From a virus (Duplodnaviria > Caudoviricetes): DNA of 64,000 nt. Of this stretch, positions 9,206 through 18,963 are shown in pieces. Positions within the stretch are counted from its first letter, which is position 1, and each line of letters begins with the position of its first letter. Below the pieces are notes generated by a model that searched no databases, was not told the DNA's origin, and saw nothing but the letters and a program-made list of their open reading frames with translations. Both the position numbers and the translations under genes were made by a program. Location: IMG/VR virus record IMGVR_UViG_3300020576_004226, positions 1 to 64,000 of that record; one strand, given 5' to 3'.

Positions 9206-11041
9206 ATGTGGAGGATAACAAAAGTACGCATAAAGAACTTCCGTTCGTTTTTGGATGAAGAGCATGAATTTCTTCAGGACAAAACGACTCTAATATTTGG
9301 GCTACACCGCAAAGCCGCTTTCAGCAACAGCAATGGAACCGGGAAGTCTTCCTTCATGAAGTCAATTGAATTTGCTTTGCTCGGTATTGTTAGTAGAACG
9401 CTTCCCAAAGAGGAATACGTACACAACGGCGAAAAGGAATGCGCTGTAACATTGTGGATGTCTAATGCTGCGACAAAAACTGATTTGATTATCAAGCGCA
9501 GCCTGTTTCGCAGCAAGAGCAAACCTGGGAGAGTTTCTGTTTTTGTCAACGGCGAAGAAAACAAGCAATTGATAAACGAGGTCGAAGCCAATAAGTTCAT
9601 AGAAAGGACGCTTCAAATTGAGAAGGAGGACTTGTTGAATTACTTCATTGTTGGGCAATCAACGCAGATGTCCTTCTTGCGGACAACCGATGCCCGGCAA
9701 AAAGAAATCATTGCCAATTTTGCCAATATAAACATGCTTGACCCGGTTCTGTCAGATGTGAAGGCTTATTTGGAACAATATGATTCTGACATAGCGTTGC
9801 TACGCTCGAATCAGCGGAAAGCAGAAGGCAAGGCAGAATTGTTGCAAGAGCAGATTGAGCAGTTTTTGGAAGAACCTGAAGAAGACAACCTGGAGGCTGA
9901 GATGGAGTATCGCCAATTTGAATCAGAGCAAAAGGAAAGACTAAAGAACGCCGACGCGCAGGTGAAAGAAATCACCCGAGAACTTGCGGAGTTGCGCGAG
10001 ACGCTGACTTCTGCCAACGAGGTGGTAAAAGGGCACAGTAAGGAGCTAAGTTCCGAATTAGAGTCAAATAGCGTGGAGCGCAGAATGAAAAGGAAGCAAC
10101 TTGACCACTACAAGCAGCAGTTGGACGGCGCCATTCAGTGCCCGGCTTGCGGCCACAATTTTCTCCTCGATGAGGAAGTGGAGTTTGACAAACTCCCTGG
10201 GCTCATAGCAGAATTGGAACTTGAAGTTGAGCGGCTTGGTAAGGAGCATGCTGAAATTGAATCAAAAATCGAACGTCAACAACAGGAGTTGAGAAAATTT
10301 AAGAACATACGCTCGGGAGTCGAATCAAAGCAATCTGACTTGGAAGATGCCGAAGGGCTGGTAAAGCGAATTTTGAAAGGGATTGAGGCGAAACAAAAAG
10401 AGTTTGACAAAGTTCAATTGGAAAAGGTCAATCCCAATGAAGGTATAGTATTGAAATTGGCCGAAGATTTAGAGGTTCAACTTGCCGAAATTGAGAAGTA
10501 CAGAAACAAGATTAACACACTCGAAATTGAGTCTGAAAAATACCGATTCTGGCAAAACAATTTTGGCATAAAGGGCTTCAAAACGTTCTTGATAAACAGG
10601 GTGCTCGAGTTGATTCAGGCTAACATAAATTTCTATTTGGCTAAGGTGAGCACTTTCCAAATAAAGATGGAAGGGTACAAAGTGCTGGCCAGTGGAGAGC
10701 TGCGGGAGAAGATAACAATATTAGTGTCCAAGGATGGGAAGAATTGGGACTATTATGAGAAGTTCTCCGGCGGCCAAAAGACTCGGATTGATATTTGCGC
10801 AGTGTTCGCCTTGCGCCGCATCATAAACCAAAATGCAGCTGAAAAGGGAGGAGGGCTCAATTTCCTCGGGCTTGACGAGGCTTTCGACGGCTTAGACGCT
10901 TCAGGACAAAAACACATCATTGACACACTGGATGGAATCGGAGAAACATGCCTTGTAATTAGTCACAGCAATGACAACGTTGCTTTCAAAAACAAAATAA
11001 CAATAGGCTATGACGACTCGGGTGTGAGCAAAATACTTTGA
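9206..11041 (+). CDS. SbcC/Rad50 (gp46-like) SMC ATPase
   Basis: NGTGKSS Walker A; coiled coil with CPAC zinc hook; FSGGQKTR signature; LGLDEAFDGLD Walker B; ISH. Confidence 0.95.
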   Translation: MWRITKVRIKNFRSFLDEEHEFLQDKTTLIFGLHRKAAFSNSNGTGKSSFMKSIEFALLGIVSRTLPKEEYVHNGEKECAVTLWMSNAATKTDLIIKRSLFRSKSKPGRVSVFVNGEENKQLINEVEANKFIERTLQIEKEDLLNYFIVGQSTQMSFLRTTDARQKEIIANFANINMLDPVLSDVKAYLEQYDSDIALLRSNQRKAEGKAELLQEQIEQFLEEPEEDNLEAEMEYRQFESEQKERLKNADAQVKEITRELAELRETLTSANEVVKGHSKELSSELESNSVERRMKRKQLDHYKQQLDGAIQCPACGHNFLLDEEVEFDKLPGLIAELELEVERLGKEHAEIESKIERQQQELRKFKNIRSGVESKQSDLEDAEGLVKRILKGIEAKQKEFDKVQLEKVNPNEGIVLKLAEDLEVQLAEIEKYRNKINTLEIESEKYRFWQNNFGIKGFKTFLINRVLELIQANINFYLAKVSTFQIKMEGYKVLASGELREKITILVSKDGKNWDYYEKFSGGQKTRIDICAVFALRRIINQNAAEKGGGLNFLGLDEAFDGLDASGQKHIIDTLDGIGETCLVISHSNDNVAFKNKITIGYDDSGVSKIL

Positions 11042-11042
11042 C

Positions 11043-11486
11043 ATGAGAATATTGGCATTTGACCCAGCCACCGAAAGCGGCTGGGCTTTCTTCGACACAA
11101 CCGACCCGGCTTCCCTGAAGTATGGCTCTTGCAAAATACCTACAACTAAAGGCACAAAGAAATGGGTTTGGTTTGAGAAGGTTGTCGCAAGTTTGGTTAA
11201 AGTATTTAGCCCCGATATGGTTGTGGCCGAAATGCCTGTAATCAATCACGTAGGAGCAACAATCCACCACGCCAAACTTGTTGTATTGATTGAGAAGGTT
11301 TGCCAGACTAATGACATCAAGTACAAAGAAATTCCACCCAATGTTGTTAAGAAACGCTTCACAGGAAAAGGCAACGCTGACAAGCCTGAAATGCTCCTTG
11401 CCTCCAGGATGCTCGGGTACGACGGTGACAACCATAATATCGCAGACGCATTGTTAATCATGTTTTACCAACTAACAGAAGAATAG
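11043..11486 (+). CDS. RuvC-like Holliday junction resolvase
   Basis: ILAFDPATESGWA; VVAE; TGKGNADK; NIADAL. Confidence 0.85.
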   Translation: MRILAFDPATESGWAFFDTTDPASLKYGSCKIPTTKGTKKWVWFEKVVASLVKVFSPDMVVAEMPVINHVGATIHHAKLVVLIEKVCQTNDIKYKEIPPNVVKKRFTGKGNADKPEMLLASRMLGYDGDNHNIADALLIMFYQLTEE

Positions 11487-11487
11487 T

Positions 11488-11769
11488 ATGTACAAATTTT
11501 GTTGCTTGAATAAAGAACACCCCGACGATGACAAGAAGGACTTCTATTGGGGCGAATCGGCTGAAGATGACGAGTGCCCAGGCTGCGGCGGTAAATTGAA
11601 ATTATTGGGACAAACCTCGCATGTGTTCGCCAAATTCTCGAGCATGTCTCCCGAACAAAAAAGGCTTGTTCTGTCACGTCGCAGTGACGACCACAACAAG
11701 ACCAGTTCGGACATAAAAGAGCGCAGAGAGCGGCTCCATCACGAGCAAGGTCTCATAGAAAAAACCTAA
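11488..11769 (+). CDS. FmdB-like zinc-ribbon protein
   Basis: YKFCC..H and CPGCGG pairs in a 93-aa ORF. Confidence 0.55.
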   Translation: MYKFCCLNKEHPDDDKKDFYWGESAEDDECPGCGGKLKLLGQTSHVFAKFSSMSPEQKRLVLSRRSDDHNKTSSDIKERRERLHHEQGLIEKT

Positions 11770-11776
11770 TCATCTC

Positions 11777-12487
11777 ATGAAGTTAACTTACGATGCCTTA
11801 AAACGGATTGACTCCGGTTACAACTCATTGAGGGCTTTGCTGCTAATTATCCTGATAAGGTTCTCAAAGAGCCAATCAGAGAAGCAGAAGTACAAAATGC
11901 AGCTGTTCGAGATGATGGCTAAGGTCATTGTAAAGAATATTGAGAATTTCTGGTATTTAGCGAAGCCTCACAAATACGCTCACCACATAATAGAAACAGA
12001 AGAATTGATATCAGAATGCTTCATAGCACTGGAAATATCAATCAAGAATTTCGGCGCCAGAAAGACCGGGAATGTGAGGTATAATGTTTTTCAAATAAAA
12101 GATGGTACAACCGATGAGTACATTTATGATTACTCAACGACGCTTGACTTCTACTTTTATTACAACAAGACTTTGACGCAGAGGCTCAATAGGATTGTTC
12201 AGAAGACATTAGCAACAAATTGCCTCCCGTCTGATTCGTTTTTGTATTTGAAGAACAGAACAACAGAAAATCGAAACAATACTGCGGTAGATGCTTCGAT
12301 GCTCATTGAGGCAGGTTTTTCTCCGCAGGAGGTTATTTACGCTGTGTTGAAGTGTAAGGGGTACAACAACACAGAAATAGCCAAAAAGTGTTCAATAAGT
12401 TACTCCACCATAGTCTTCATCAATGCCAATGCAAAGGAGAAGATGATAAACTTTCTAATGTCAACCGATGATAAATACTTTTTCTGA
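11777..12487 (+). CDS. Phage sigma-factor-like transcription regulator
   Basis: EELISECFIALEISIKNF resembles region 2; C-terminal HTH (GYNNTEIAKKCSISYSTI); ends the replication operon. Confidence 0.65.
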   Translation: MKLTYDALKRIDSGYNSLRALLLIILIRFSKSQSEKQKYKMQLFEMMAKVIVKNIENFWYLAKPHKYAHHIIETEELISECFIALEISIKNFGARKTGNVRYNVFQIKDGTTDEYIYDYSTTLDFYFYYNKTLTQRLNRIVQKTLATNCLPSDSFLYLKNRTTENRNNTAVDASMLIEAGFSPQEVIYAVLKCKGYNNTEIAKKCSISYSTIVFINANAKEKMINFLMSTDDKYFF

Positions 12488-12761
12488 TCCGATTTTCCAG
12501 GTGCTGCTCAACTCGGGCTACCGCATACTGACAATATATCCGCACCCGGATATTCAAGCCCACTACATATTCGACGACTTGAGAAATGACTCTGATGAGA
12601 CAGTAGTCGGCGCAGTGGCTATAACAGAGTTTTTGGGTAATCATAGAGGTCAAATTGACCCGGCCACTATTCTTGGTTTGCTGTCAACTTGGCTCGAAAG
12701 AAACAAAACTGTCTCGTTGAGACTTCACAAAATTCCCTATATCACTCATGCTGCTATTTGA
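12468..12761 (+). CDS. Hypothetical protein
   Basis: Overlapping, co-directional ORF in the operon. Confidence 0.55.
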   Translation: MINTFSDPIFQVLLNSGYRILTIYPHPDIQAHYIFDDLRNDSDETVVGAVAITEFLGNHRGQIDPATILGLLSTWLERNKTVSLRLHKIPYITHAAI

Positions 12762-12993
12762 CCGAAATATTTGGCGCAAAGCCGCCCAACAGTACCTTTA
12801 CACCAATCACCCCGAGTTGGTTCCGTTGTTCACTTCCAAGATCATCGACCTCTGCTGCGCTTACATGCGCGGTTACGGCGACTCCCTGGCGAAGAACACC
12901 AACCCACCTCATAATGTTGAGGACATGCGGCAGGACGTTCGCGACGCTGGGATCACCGAGGCCATCAGACTAATTAAGGAACATGAGAAGTAA
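12748..12993 (+). CDS. Hypothetical protein
   Basis: Overlapping operon ORF. Confidence 0.55.
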   Translation: MLLFDRNIWRKAAQQYLYTNHPELVPLFTSKIIDLCCAYMRGYGDSLAKNTNPPHNVEDMRQDVRDAGITEAIRLIKEHEK

Positions 12994-13282
12994 AATGCCT
13001 CTTGATCCAAAATCACTTCCGGTCGTAAAGGAGGTTCTCAAATTCCTGCTCGTTGAACTTCAAAGCGAGTTCATTGCGACTTACGACGGCTGGGGTTGGC
13101 ACCTTCTCACAACCAACTTCGAAGGCTTGCACAATCCAGAATTTGAACTCCTTTTCAAGGGTGTGAGGGAGCAGTTCCCTGAATTCAGATTTTCGTTCGC
13201 CTTCATCGGGCGCAAGGGCTTTGATATCATAGCAACCCAAAGTACGCTCCACGGCAAAAAAGTAATCAGCGTTAAACAGTAA
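12983..13282 (+). CDS. Hypothetical protein
   Basis: Overlapping operon ORF. Confidence 0.6.
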   Translation: MRSKMPLDPKSLPVVKEVLKFLLVELQSEFIATYDGWGWHLLTTNFEGLHNPEFELLFKGVREQFPEFRFSFAFIGRKGFDIIATQSTLHGKKVISVKQ

Positions 13283-13292
13283 AACTTTTGCC

Positions 13293-13751
13293 ATGGAAAA
13301 GAAATACGACTTCTCACTTGTCACACACATAAGAAGAGACTATTACGGTGTGGTCATTGAAATTGTTTACAAAAACCGGAAGTGGAGCAAGAAACTTTTG
13401 CGGGAGCGGTTGCGTTTAGACCCTGATGTTCAGAAGGCCGCTCTGCGCGTGATATTGGAAGCAGAAAAAATTGAAATAAATTTGGACAAGGTCGACAAGA
13501 TTGAATCAAATCGGTTTAGAAGCGATAAAAGCAAGCACCTGGTAGGCTTCGCCCCGAGGGAAGCGAAGTTAGTTCCGACGTTTGAGCACATCTTGAAAAC
13601 CCAAAAGCCTTTGGATGAGATGGAAGTTGTTTCACTGGGCAAGTTCCTTCCTAAATATGCTGAGCAGATTTGGCTCCGCTTGCTTTTGAACTTGAATATC
13701 AAATACCGTGCCCAGACCTTCTCGACTACACGTCGGGCACGCCGCAAGTAA
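13293..13751 (+). CDS. Hypothetical basic protein
   Basis: 152-aa ORF followed by a terminator. Confidence 0.6.
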   Translation: MEKKYDFSLVTHIRRDYYGVVIEIVYKNRKWSKKLLRERLRLDPDVQKAALRVILEAEKIEINLDKVDKIESNRFRSDKSKHLVGFAPREAKLVPTFEHILKTQKPLDEMEVVSLGKFLPKYAEQIWLRLLLNLNIKYRAQTFSTTRRARRK

Positions 13752-13773
13752 AAGGGTAATTCGCCATTCCCCC

Positions 13774-13813
13774 AGCCTGAGATGCGACTACGGTCGTGTT
13801 TTGGGCTTTTTTT
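13774..13813 (+). terminator. Intrinsic terminator
   Basis: agcct...cgac-tacg-gtcg...gggct followed by 6 or more T. Confidence 0.75.
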
Positions 13814-13866
13814 ATTTTCCGAGAATCATTTGAAAATCAACGTTTTAAACATAATGAAAAAAAATA

Positions 13867-13930
13867 TTTAAAAATACTTGTTTAAAAATTTTGTTTTGAA
13901 CAAGAGGCACCCGTATCTTCGTCCTGTTAA
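13867..13930 (+). promoter_or_regulatory. Bacteroidota-type housekeeping-sigma promoter P1
   Basis: TTTG (13890-13893), 20-nt spacer, TATCTTCG (13914-13921); near-duplicate at 15556-15619. Confidence 0.75.
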
Positions 13931-13986
13931 TTAGCCGCAAGGCACACAAAATCACCCACATCATTAAAATTTCTAAATTGTTTGTC

Positions 13987-14874
13987 ATGAAAAATTCAAA
14001 AAAAGTAACCGCCACTCCAGTTGTTGAAATCCCTTCTTACGAGACCATTATCGGCATACTTGCTCCGACGGTTGAAAACAACGACCCATTTGAGATGGAA
14101 CTGTTCCAAGAGATTGAACAAAAGACTGGCTTCGCTTATGAGAACCTGGAGCAAGACTCTAAAAAATTGATTTTTGAGTTCAGAAATGCTGGCCAAATCC
14201 TTTTTATCACTTTCAAGTTCAAAGGTGCCAAACTGGTCGCAACATGGAAGTTTGAGGAAATGGCTGCTCCAGCCGCAACCAATAAAGGTTTGGTTTTCAC
14301 TCCGCTTGAAGAAGTGCAAGCCGGGTTGGCCGCTGAAATTGAGGCTGAATTTGGCTTGACTGAAAATGAAAAAGTGTTCATTGAGACCAACTTTGTTGTT
14401 GACGGTGAAGTAGCAATCTTTCACGCCCATAAGTTGCAAAAATCCAACTCCAAAATGGCCAAGTCCATTGCTGCCAAATTGCACACCTTTGTTGACAACG
14501 CTTCTGGCGTCATGGTTCCAACCAGCTGGCTTCCTGGCATTTACGCTGCTCCGGCTGAAAATAGCCTCCCGTCCATTGAGGAACTTGAAGAGCGCATCAA
14601 TGACTTGCCAACCAAAAAAGGACGCGGTTACGCCAACGCTGGCAAAAAATATGACCACTCGGGTGTACGCGTTGAGGAGTTCAAACTTGGCAAGGCTAAG
14701 GTTAAAAAAGGTGACAAGTTGTTCTTCAAAATCGGTAAGGTTGAGGTTTGCGGTGTGTTCAGCCACTTAAACAAATGCGTCCACTGCCCTGAAGGTTACG
14801 CTGTTATCCGCTTCGAAGGCAAAAATATGGAGCGTCGTCAAAGCCGGGTGAGCCTTACCGCTACCGCTGAATAA
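13987..14874 (+). CDS. Hypothetical protein with C-terminal SH3/KOW-like beta module
   Basis: First ORF after P1; start at aaattgtttgtcATG. Confidence 0.7.
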   Translation: MKNSKKVTATPVVEIPSYETIIGILAPTVENNDPFEMELFQEIEQKTGFAYENLEQDSKKLIFEFRNAGQILFITFKFKGAKLVATWKFEEMAAPAATNKGLVFTPLEEVQAGLAAEIEAEFGLTENEKVFIETNFVVDGEVAIFHAHKLQKSNSKMAKSIAAKLHTFVDNASGVMVPTSWLPGIYAAPAENSLPSIEELEERINDLPTKKGRGYANAGKKYDHSGVRVEEFKLGKAKVKKGDKLFFKIGKVEVCGVFSHLNKCVHCPEGYAVIRFEGKNMERRQSRVSLTATAE

Positions 14875-14900
14875 AACAACATCAAACCAAGGTTTTTGTT

Positions 14901-14940
14901 AACCGGGCAGCGAAACATAACGCTGTCCGGTTTTTTGTTT
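14901..14940 (+). terminator. Intrinsic terminator
   Basis: aaccgggcagcg...cgctgtccggtt followed by a T run. Confidence 0.8.
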
Positions 14941-14941
14941 T

Positions 14942-15355
14942 ATGAATGATTTTGATATGTTTCATCACCCGCAACTCGGCTGGATTGAACTTGATAAAGC
15001 CGAGGCTGATTCCATTGGCATTGAGTTATACATAAACCAACTTCACACCATGGGTTTTGATTCAGCAATGGCAAAGTCCGGTAGACCTAAAAAGTTGGTT
15101 GACGTATTGGCTGAATTCCCCTTTGTTGATGAAGACCTGATGGTTTACGTTTCATTGATGAAAGACGGGTGGAAGCGGCTTCAAATGAGCCATGCTGAAG
15201 ACTTGGGTTGCTCCTTCTTTTTGAATTCAAAGGTCGGCAGGGTTTCTCCCTTATTCAAAACCTTTGGTAATGCAAAATGCGTTTTTGACTTCAACGGCTT
15301 CACGTGGTATTTCGGCTCTAAAAAACTGCTTTACGGCGCACCTCTCCCGTTCTAA
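14942..15355 (+). CDS. Hypothetical protein
   Basis: 137-aa ORF. Confidence 0.55.
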   Translation: MNDFDMFHHPQLGWIELDKAEADSIGIELYINQLHTMGFDSAMAKSGRPKKLVDVLAEFPFVDEDLMVYVSLMKDGWKRLQMSHAEDLGCSFFLNSKVGRVSPLFKTFGNAKCVFDFNGFTWYFGSKKLLYGAPLPF

Positions 15356-15555
15356 TATCCTACAGTGCGAGTTTGCACCTAAATTTGCGCGAGAGCGAAT
15401 TACCCCGTACTAATGAGCCAATACTCACGCATACTTTCGTTCGGTGAATACGCTGAAAATTGCCCTATTTCAAAAATTGTAATATATTTTTGACGTTTTA
15501 AACACGTCGTGTAATACGTTGATTTTCAAGCCTAAACATATTCGTGTAAAAAAAA

Positions 15556-15619
15556 TTTAAAAATACTTTCAAAAAATTTTTGCCGGAAGTTACGGACACC
15601 CGTATCTTCGTCTTGTTAA
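15556..15619 (+). promoter_or_regulatory. Bacteroidota-type housekeeping-sigma promoter P2
   Basis: TTTG (15579-15582), 20-nt spacer, TATCTTCG (15603-15610); 22/23 nt identical to the P1 core. Confidence 0.75.
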
Positions 15620-15673
15620 AACGCGGAAGCGATAAAACATCACTCAAATCTAAAAATCTTAAAATTGTTTGTC

Positions 15674-16618
15674 ATGAATCTCGTTAAAGGTACTCCAGTT
15701 CAGTTTGAAGCACGCGGTGGTCAACTTATGACCGGGAAATTTTCTCACATCACTAAGACCGGGTTGGTTTACATCCATGGAGATGACAACCGTCCTTACG
15801 AGCGCAAAGTAGAAAAAGTTATGGTCACAGGCGAGGCCGCTACCAACTTTGAATATACCGCTGGAGGCTCCAACATGCCAGCCCTTCCTGCCAAGCCCAC
15901 CTTCAATATCAGCGAGCGTTTCAGCTTCTTGGAAAGCCTTGTACGCATGACTATTAAAGGCACTCGGGTGAGCCTTGTAATAACGGGTGAAGGTGGCCTC
16001 GGTAAAACTTACACTGTCAAGCAGCAACTTGAAAGAAGCGGCTTGTTCAGTGACAACCAAGACGCTGACATCAGTGATTACAAATTCGTGAAAGGTTTTG
16101 CCACGGCAAAAGGCTTGTACAACACACTGTACCAGTGGAACGGTAAATTGATTATTTTTGATGACTGCGACGAGGCTCTTCTGAACGACATCAGCAAAAA
16201 CATCCTGAAGGGTGCGCTTGACTCTTATGATGAGCGTATTGTTAGCTGGGTTACCAATAAAGAGGGTGGAGATATCCCAAATGAATTTGTTTTCACTGGA
16301 CGCATCATTTTTATCAGCAACCTGACTCGCTCTAAAATTGACCAAGCAATCCTGAGCCGCTCCAGCACGGTTGACCTGACCATGAGTGCTTCTGATAAAG
16401 TTGAGCGCATGAGCAATATCCTTCACGCTCCTCACTTCAAGCCGACCGTTTCCAAGGAAATCAAAGACGCTGCTTTTGAAGTTGTTATGCAACACGCTGA
16501 CAAATGCAAAGACCTGACCATGCGCACCCTGATTGAAGTTATTGACTACGCTGTTGACGGCTTCGAAGAAGGCACTGAAGATTGGAAAAAATTGGCTGAG
16601 TACGCCATCGCTGGGTAA
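15674..16618 (+). CDS. P-loop (AAA-like) ATPase
   Basis: Walker A GEGGLGKT; Walker B LIIFDDCD; RIIFISN; AILSRS. Confidence 0.8.
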   Translation: MNLVKGTPVQFEARGGQLMTGKFSHITKTGLVYIHGDDNRPYERKVEKVMVTGEAATNFEYTAGGSNMPALPAKPTFNISERFSFLESLVRMTIKGTRVSLVITGEGGLGKTYTVKQQLERSGLFSDNQDADISDYKFVKGFATAKGLYNTLYQWNGKLIIFDDCDEALLNDISKNILKGALDSYDERIVSWVTNKEGGDIPNEFVFTGRIIFISNLTRSKIDQAILSRSSTVDLTMSASDKVERMSNILHAPHFKPTVSKEIKDAAFEVVMQHADKCKDLTMRTLIEVIDYAVDGFEEGTEDWKKLAEYAIAG

Positions 16619-16669
16619 GCCGCTTCAACCCCAAAAAACCATATTCCATCAAATTTTAAATTGTTTGTC

Positions 16670-17053
16670 ATGATTACTTATCAAAATTCAAAAGGAGAAA
16701 TTTTCGAAGTAGCGTTCCATTGCCGTGGCCATGTTGAAACGCTCGTCAAGCCAGGAACCAATGATGAATGGATGAATAGTGAGGAGGTTGCTAAGGCTGT
16801 GTTCGGTGAAACAGCGAAATTTGACCCCGAGACAGCTGAGGAAGGAGATGAGTGGTACGACCTCGGCCAAGCCGCTGCTGAGAAAATAGCAGAATACATC
16901 AATTTGAAATGTTTCAATTTTTTGGTCTCCATTGGCCATAACATAGTGTCTTCGGGTGTTTACAAATCCACGGCTGACTATTCAGCTGAGTTCAGCCACC
17001 CGTTCAACGCTTCGCACGGCTACACAATGGACCATGTATTTAACAAAATCTGA
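16670..17053 (+). CDS. Hypothetical protein
   Basis: Start at the conserved aaattgtttgtcATG leader. Confidence 0.6.
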   Translation: MITYQNSKGEIFEVAFHCRGHVETLVKPGTNDEWMNSEEVAKAVFGETAKFDPETAEEGDEWYDLGQAAAEKIAEYINLKCFNFLVSIGHNIVSSGVYKSTADYSAEFSHPFNASHGYTMDHVFNKI

Positions 17054-17248
17054 AAGTCATGAAGCCATACGGTTCCAAAAAGAACTTCAATGAATTGGAC
17101 GACTTCAACCGCAAAGATTCACGCGACGGTGGAGTCAAAAATTCCAAAGCAAAAGCAACCAAAAAGCGTTGCAACAAAACCCTCAAAGCACGCGCACGTC
17201 GCGTTCGTCACTCCGCTTAATTCACTCAATAAAATTCAATTGTTTGTT

Positions 17249-17836
17249 ATGACACACACCGAAATTATGCACGAAATTGCGCTCCTGCGCGAGTGGAAAA
17301 TCAAAGCCACAGCCATCCCCACCGAACAAACCGGACGTCACTCTCGCCCCGAGTGGGTGCAAGACTGGACAACCTCCGACAACGGTGGAGGCCACTACAC
17401 CACCGTTGACTTCGCAACCATCACTCGGTACGCTTTGGCTGAGTATGTGAAGATGGATCAACACCCCAAATCAATAGGCTACATCATAAGCATGTGCGAC
17501 GAAACTCCGGTCGGCGGCTTTATCAACTTCTCAAAAATCCTCCAAATGGTTGAGCGCAAGATTGAGTTGCTCCAGGAGGAGGTTGAGTTGACCGGCAAAT
17601 TCCGGATTGACTTTTACCATGATTCTTATCAGTTCGCCGAGCCCAAGTACCAGGAAATTTTTTCGGCTGCTGACTTCCGGAATTGGATTGAATTCCATCG
17701 TCACAACCTCGCAATCGCTCGGGCTGGTTCCACCGTCAAGGAAGGCTCTTGGTGGATTACATTCAGCAAGTGGGAAGAAGGCGAAGGCCGCTACGATGAA
17801 TCACTTGAACTCTTCAAACTGCGCGTCAAACTATGA
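17249..17836 (+). CDS. Hypothetical protein
   Basis: Start reassigned to caattgtttgttATG at 17249. Confidence 0.6.
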   Translation: MTHTEIMHEIALLREWKIKATAIPTEQTGRHSRPEWVQDWTTSDNGGGHYTTVDFATITRYALAEYVKMDQHPKSIGYIISMCDETPVGGFINFSKILQMVERKIELLQEEVELTGKFRIDFYHDSYQFAEPKYQEIFSAADFRNWIEFHRHNLAIARAGSTVKEGSWWITFSKWEEGEGRYDESLELFKLRVKL

Positions 17837-18138
17837 AAAACGAAATAATTGCCTCGACATTCAACAGGATTATAGTAAGGCTTGTTTTCAGAATCTTTTT
17901 GTATCTTTCCAAATTCGGTTATTCTGAGCAATCAAAGAGCGAAGTTTACGACAGCCTTGGTCCAATAGACACGCTGGGAAGCAGGACAGAATTTACAAAA
18001 TACACGTTCTTCTATTCAAATGAGATGGTCACAATCTTTGGAATAAAATTGCCTTTCGGTTGTTCTGTTCAATACCACGACGGCGAAGAAAAAGAAGTCC
18101 TCCTCATGAACACACGCATCAAAATGTTTGAATCATGA
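17833..18138 (+). CDS. Hypothetical protein
   Basis: ATGA-overlap coupling at both ends. Confidence 0.5.
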   Translation: MKNEIIASTFNRIIVRLVFRIFLYLSKFGYSEQSKSEVYDSLGPIDTLGSRTEFTKYTFFYSNEMVTIFGIKLPFGCSVQYHDGEEKEVLLMNTRIKMFES

Positions 18139-18509
18139 AGAAAATAGCAAAATACTCTCAATGGCTTATTGACAATGACAAATTGCCTTCAGAAGCCGAC
18201 GTCAGAATGACCTACCTGACCTTGCTCCGGCAAGGTTGGGTTCCATTCTCCGAAATGGGATTGAACAAGAGGAACAATTACGACCCAATCAAGTTGTTCC
18301 CTGGGGCGCAGCCAATTAAGTCTGAAGACGGGCAATTCGCAGAGCCATTAATCTGCGTCGTCGAAGGATTGAGTTTCGGCGTATTTGACGAAACAGGTTT
18401 TGGCTACTACGATTATGACGCAGTAACCGCTCCCAATGGGCTCGATGAGAATAATTTGGATGGGAAAGTTGTATTTTTTCCATACGAGAATGTCAACGCT
18501 TACCGTTAA
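18135..18509 (+). CDS. Hypothetical protein
   Basis: Coupled ORF. Confidence 0.55.
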   Translation: MKKIAKYSQWLIDNDKLPSEADVRMTYLTLLRQGWVPFSEMGLNKRNNYDPIKLFPGAQPIKSEDGQFAEPLICVVEGLSFGVFDETGFGYYDYDAVTAPNGLDENNLDGKVVFFPYENVNAYR

Positions 18510-18523
18510 AATTGAACAAAACC

Positions 18524-18958
18524 ATGGCAAATTTAGCATATTACGGCGGCTCTAAGCCACCATACTCGGATACCAGAACTTTGCTTGAAAAGTACAACAT
18601 TGAGGCACTCGAGGACAACTTCAACGAACAAGATTTGCCTGTTTACGCTGCTTGGGCTTGGGAGACTCTATTCAAATCAACTTCTGAAGATTACATCATC
18701 AAAATATGTGCCAAAAAGAAGTTTGAAATTTACCCTTCCGCTCGCAACAAAGACAAGACGGCTGAACAGGAGACGTTTGAGGCTCTGTTGAAATTCATGA
18801 ATCAGAAGGGAGTCGCCCTGCCGATGGAACTTGTTGCCTGGAGGGAAGACACAAACCAATGGCATCAAATACGGCTCTGGAAAAAGGCTTTGCACTTGCT
18901 TTTGATGAGTCAAGAAGAATACAGAGAACACAAACGGTACAAGGAATCACTGACTTGA
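18524..18958 (+). CDS. Hypothetical protein
   Basis: ORF from ATG 18524. Confidence 0.55.
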   Translation: MANLAYYGGSKPPYSDTRTLLEKYNIEALEDNFNEQDLPVYAAWAWETLFKSTSEDYIIKICAKKKFEIYPSARNKDKTAEQETFEALLKFMNQKGVALPMELVAWREDTNQWHQIRLWKKALHLLLMSQEEYREHKRYKESLT

Positions 18959-18963
18959 TGCTG

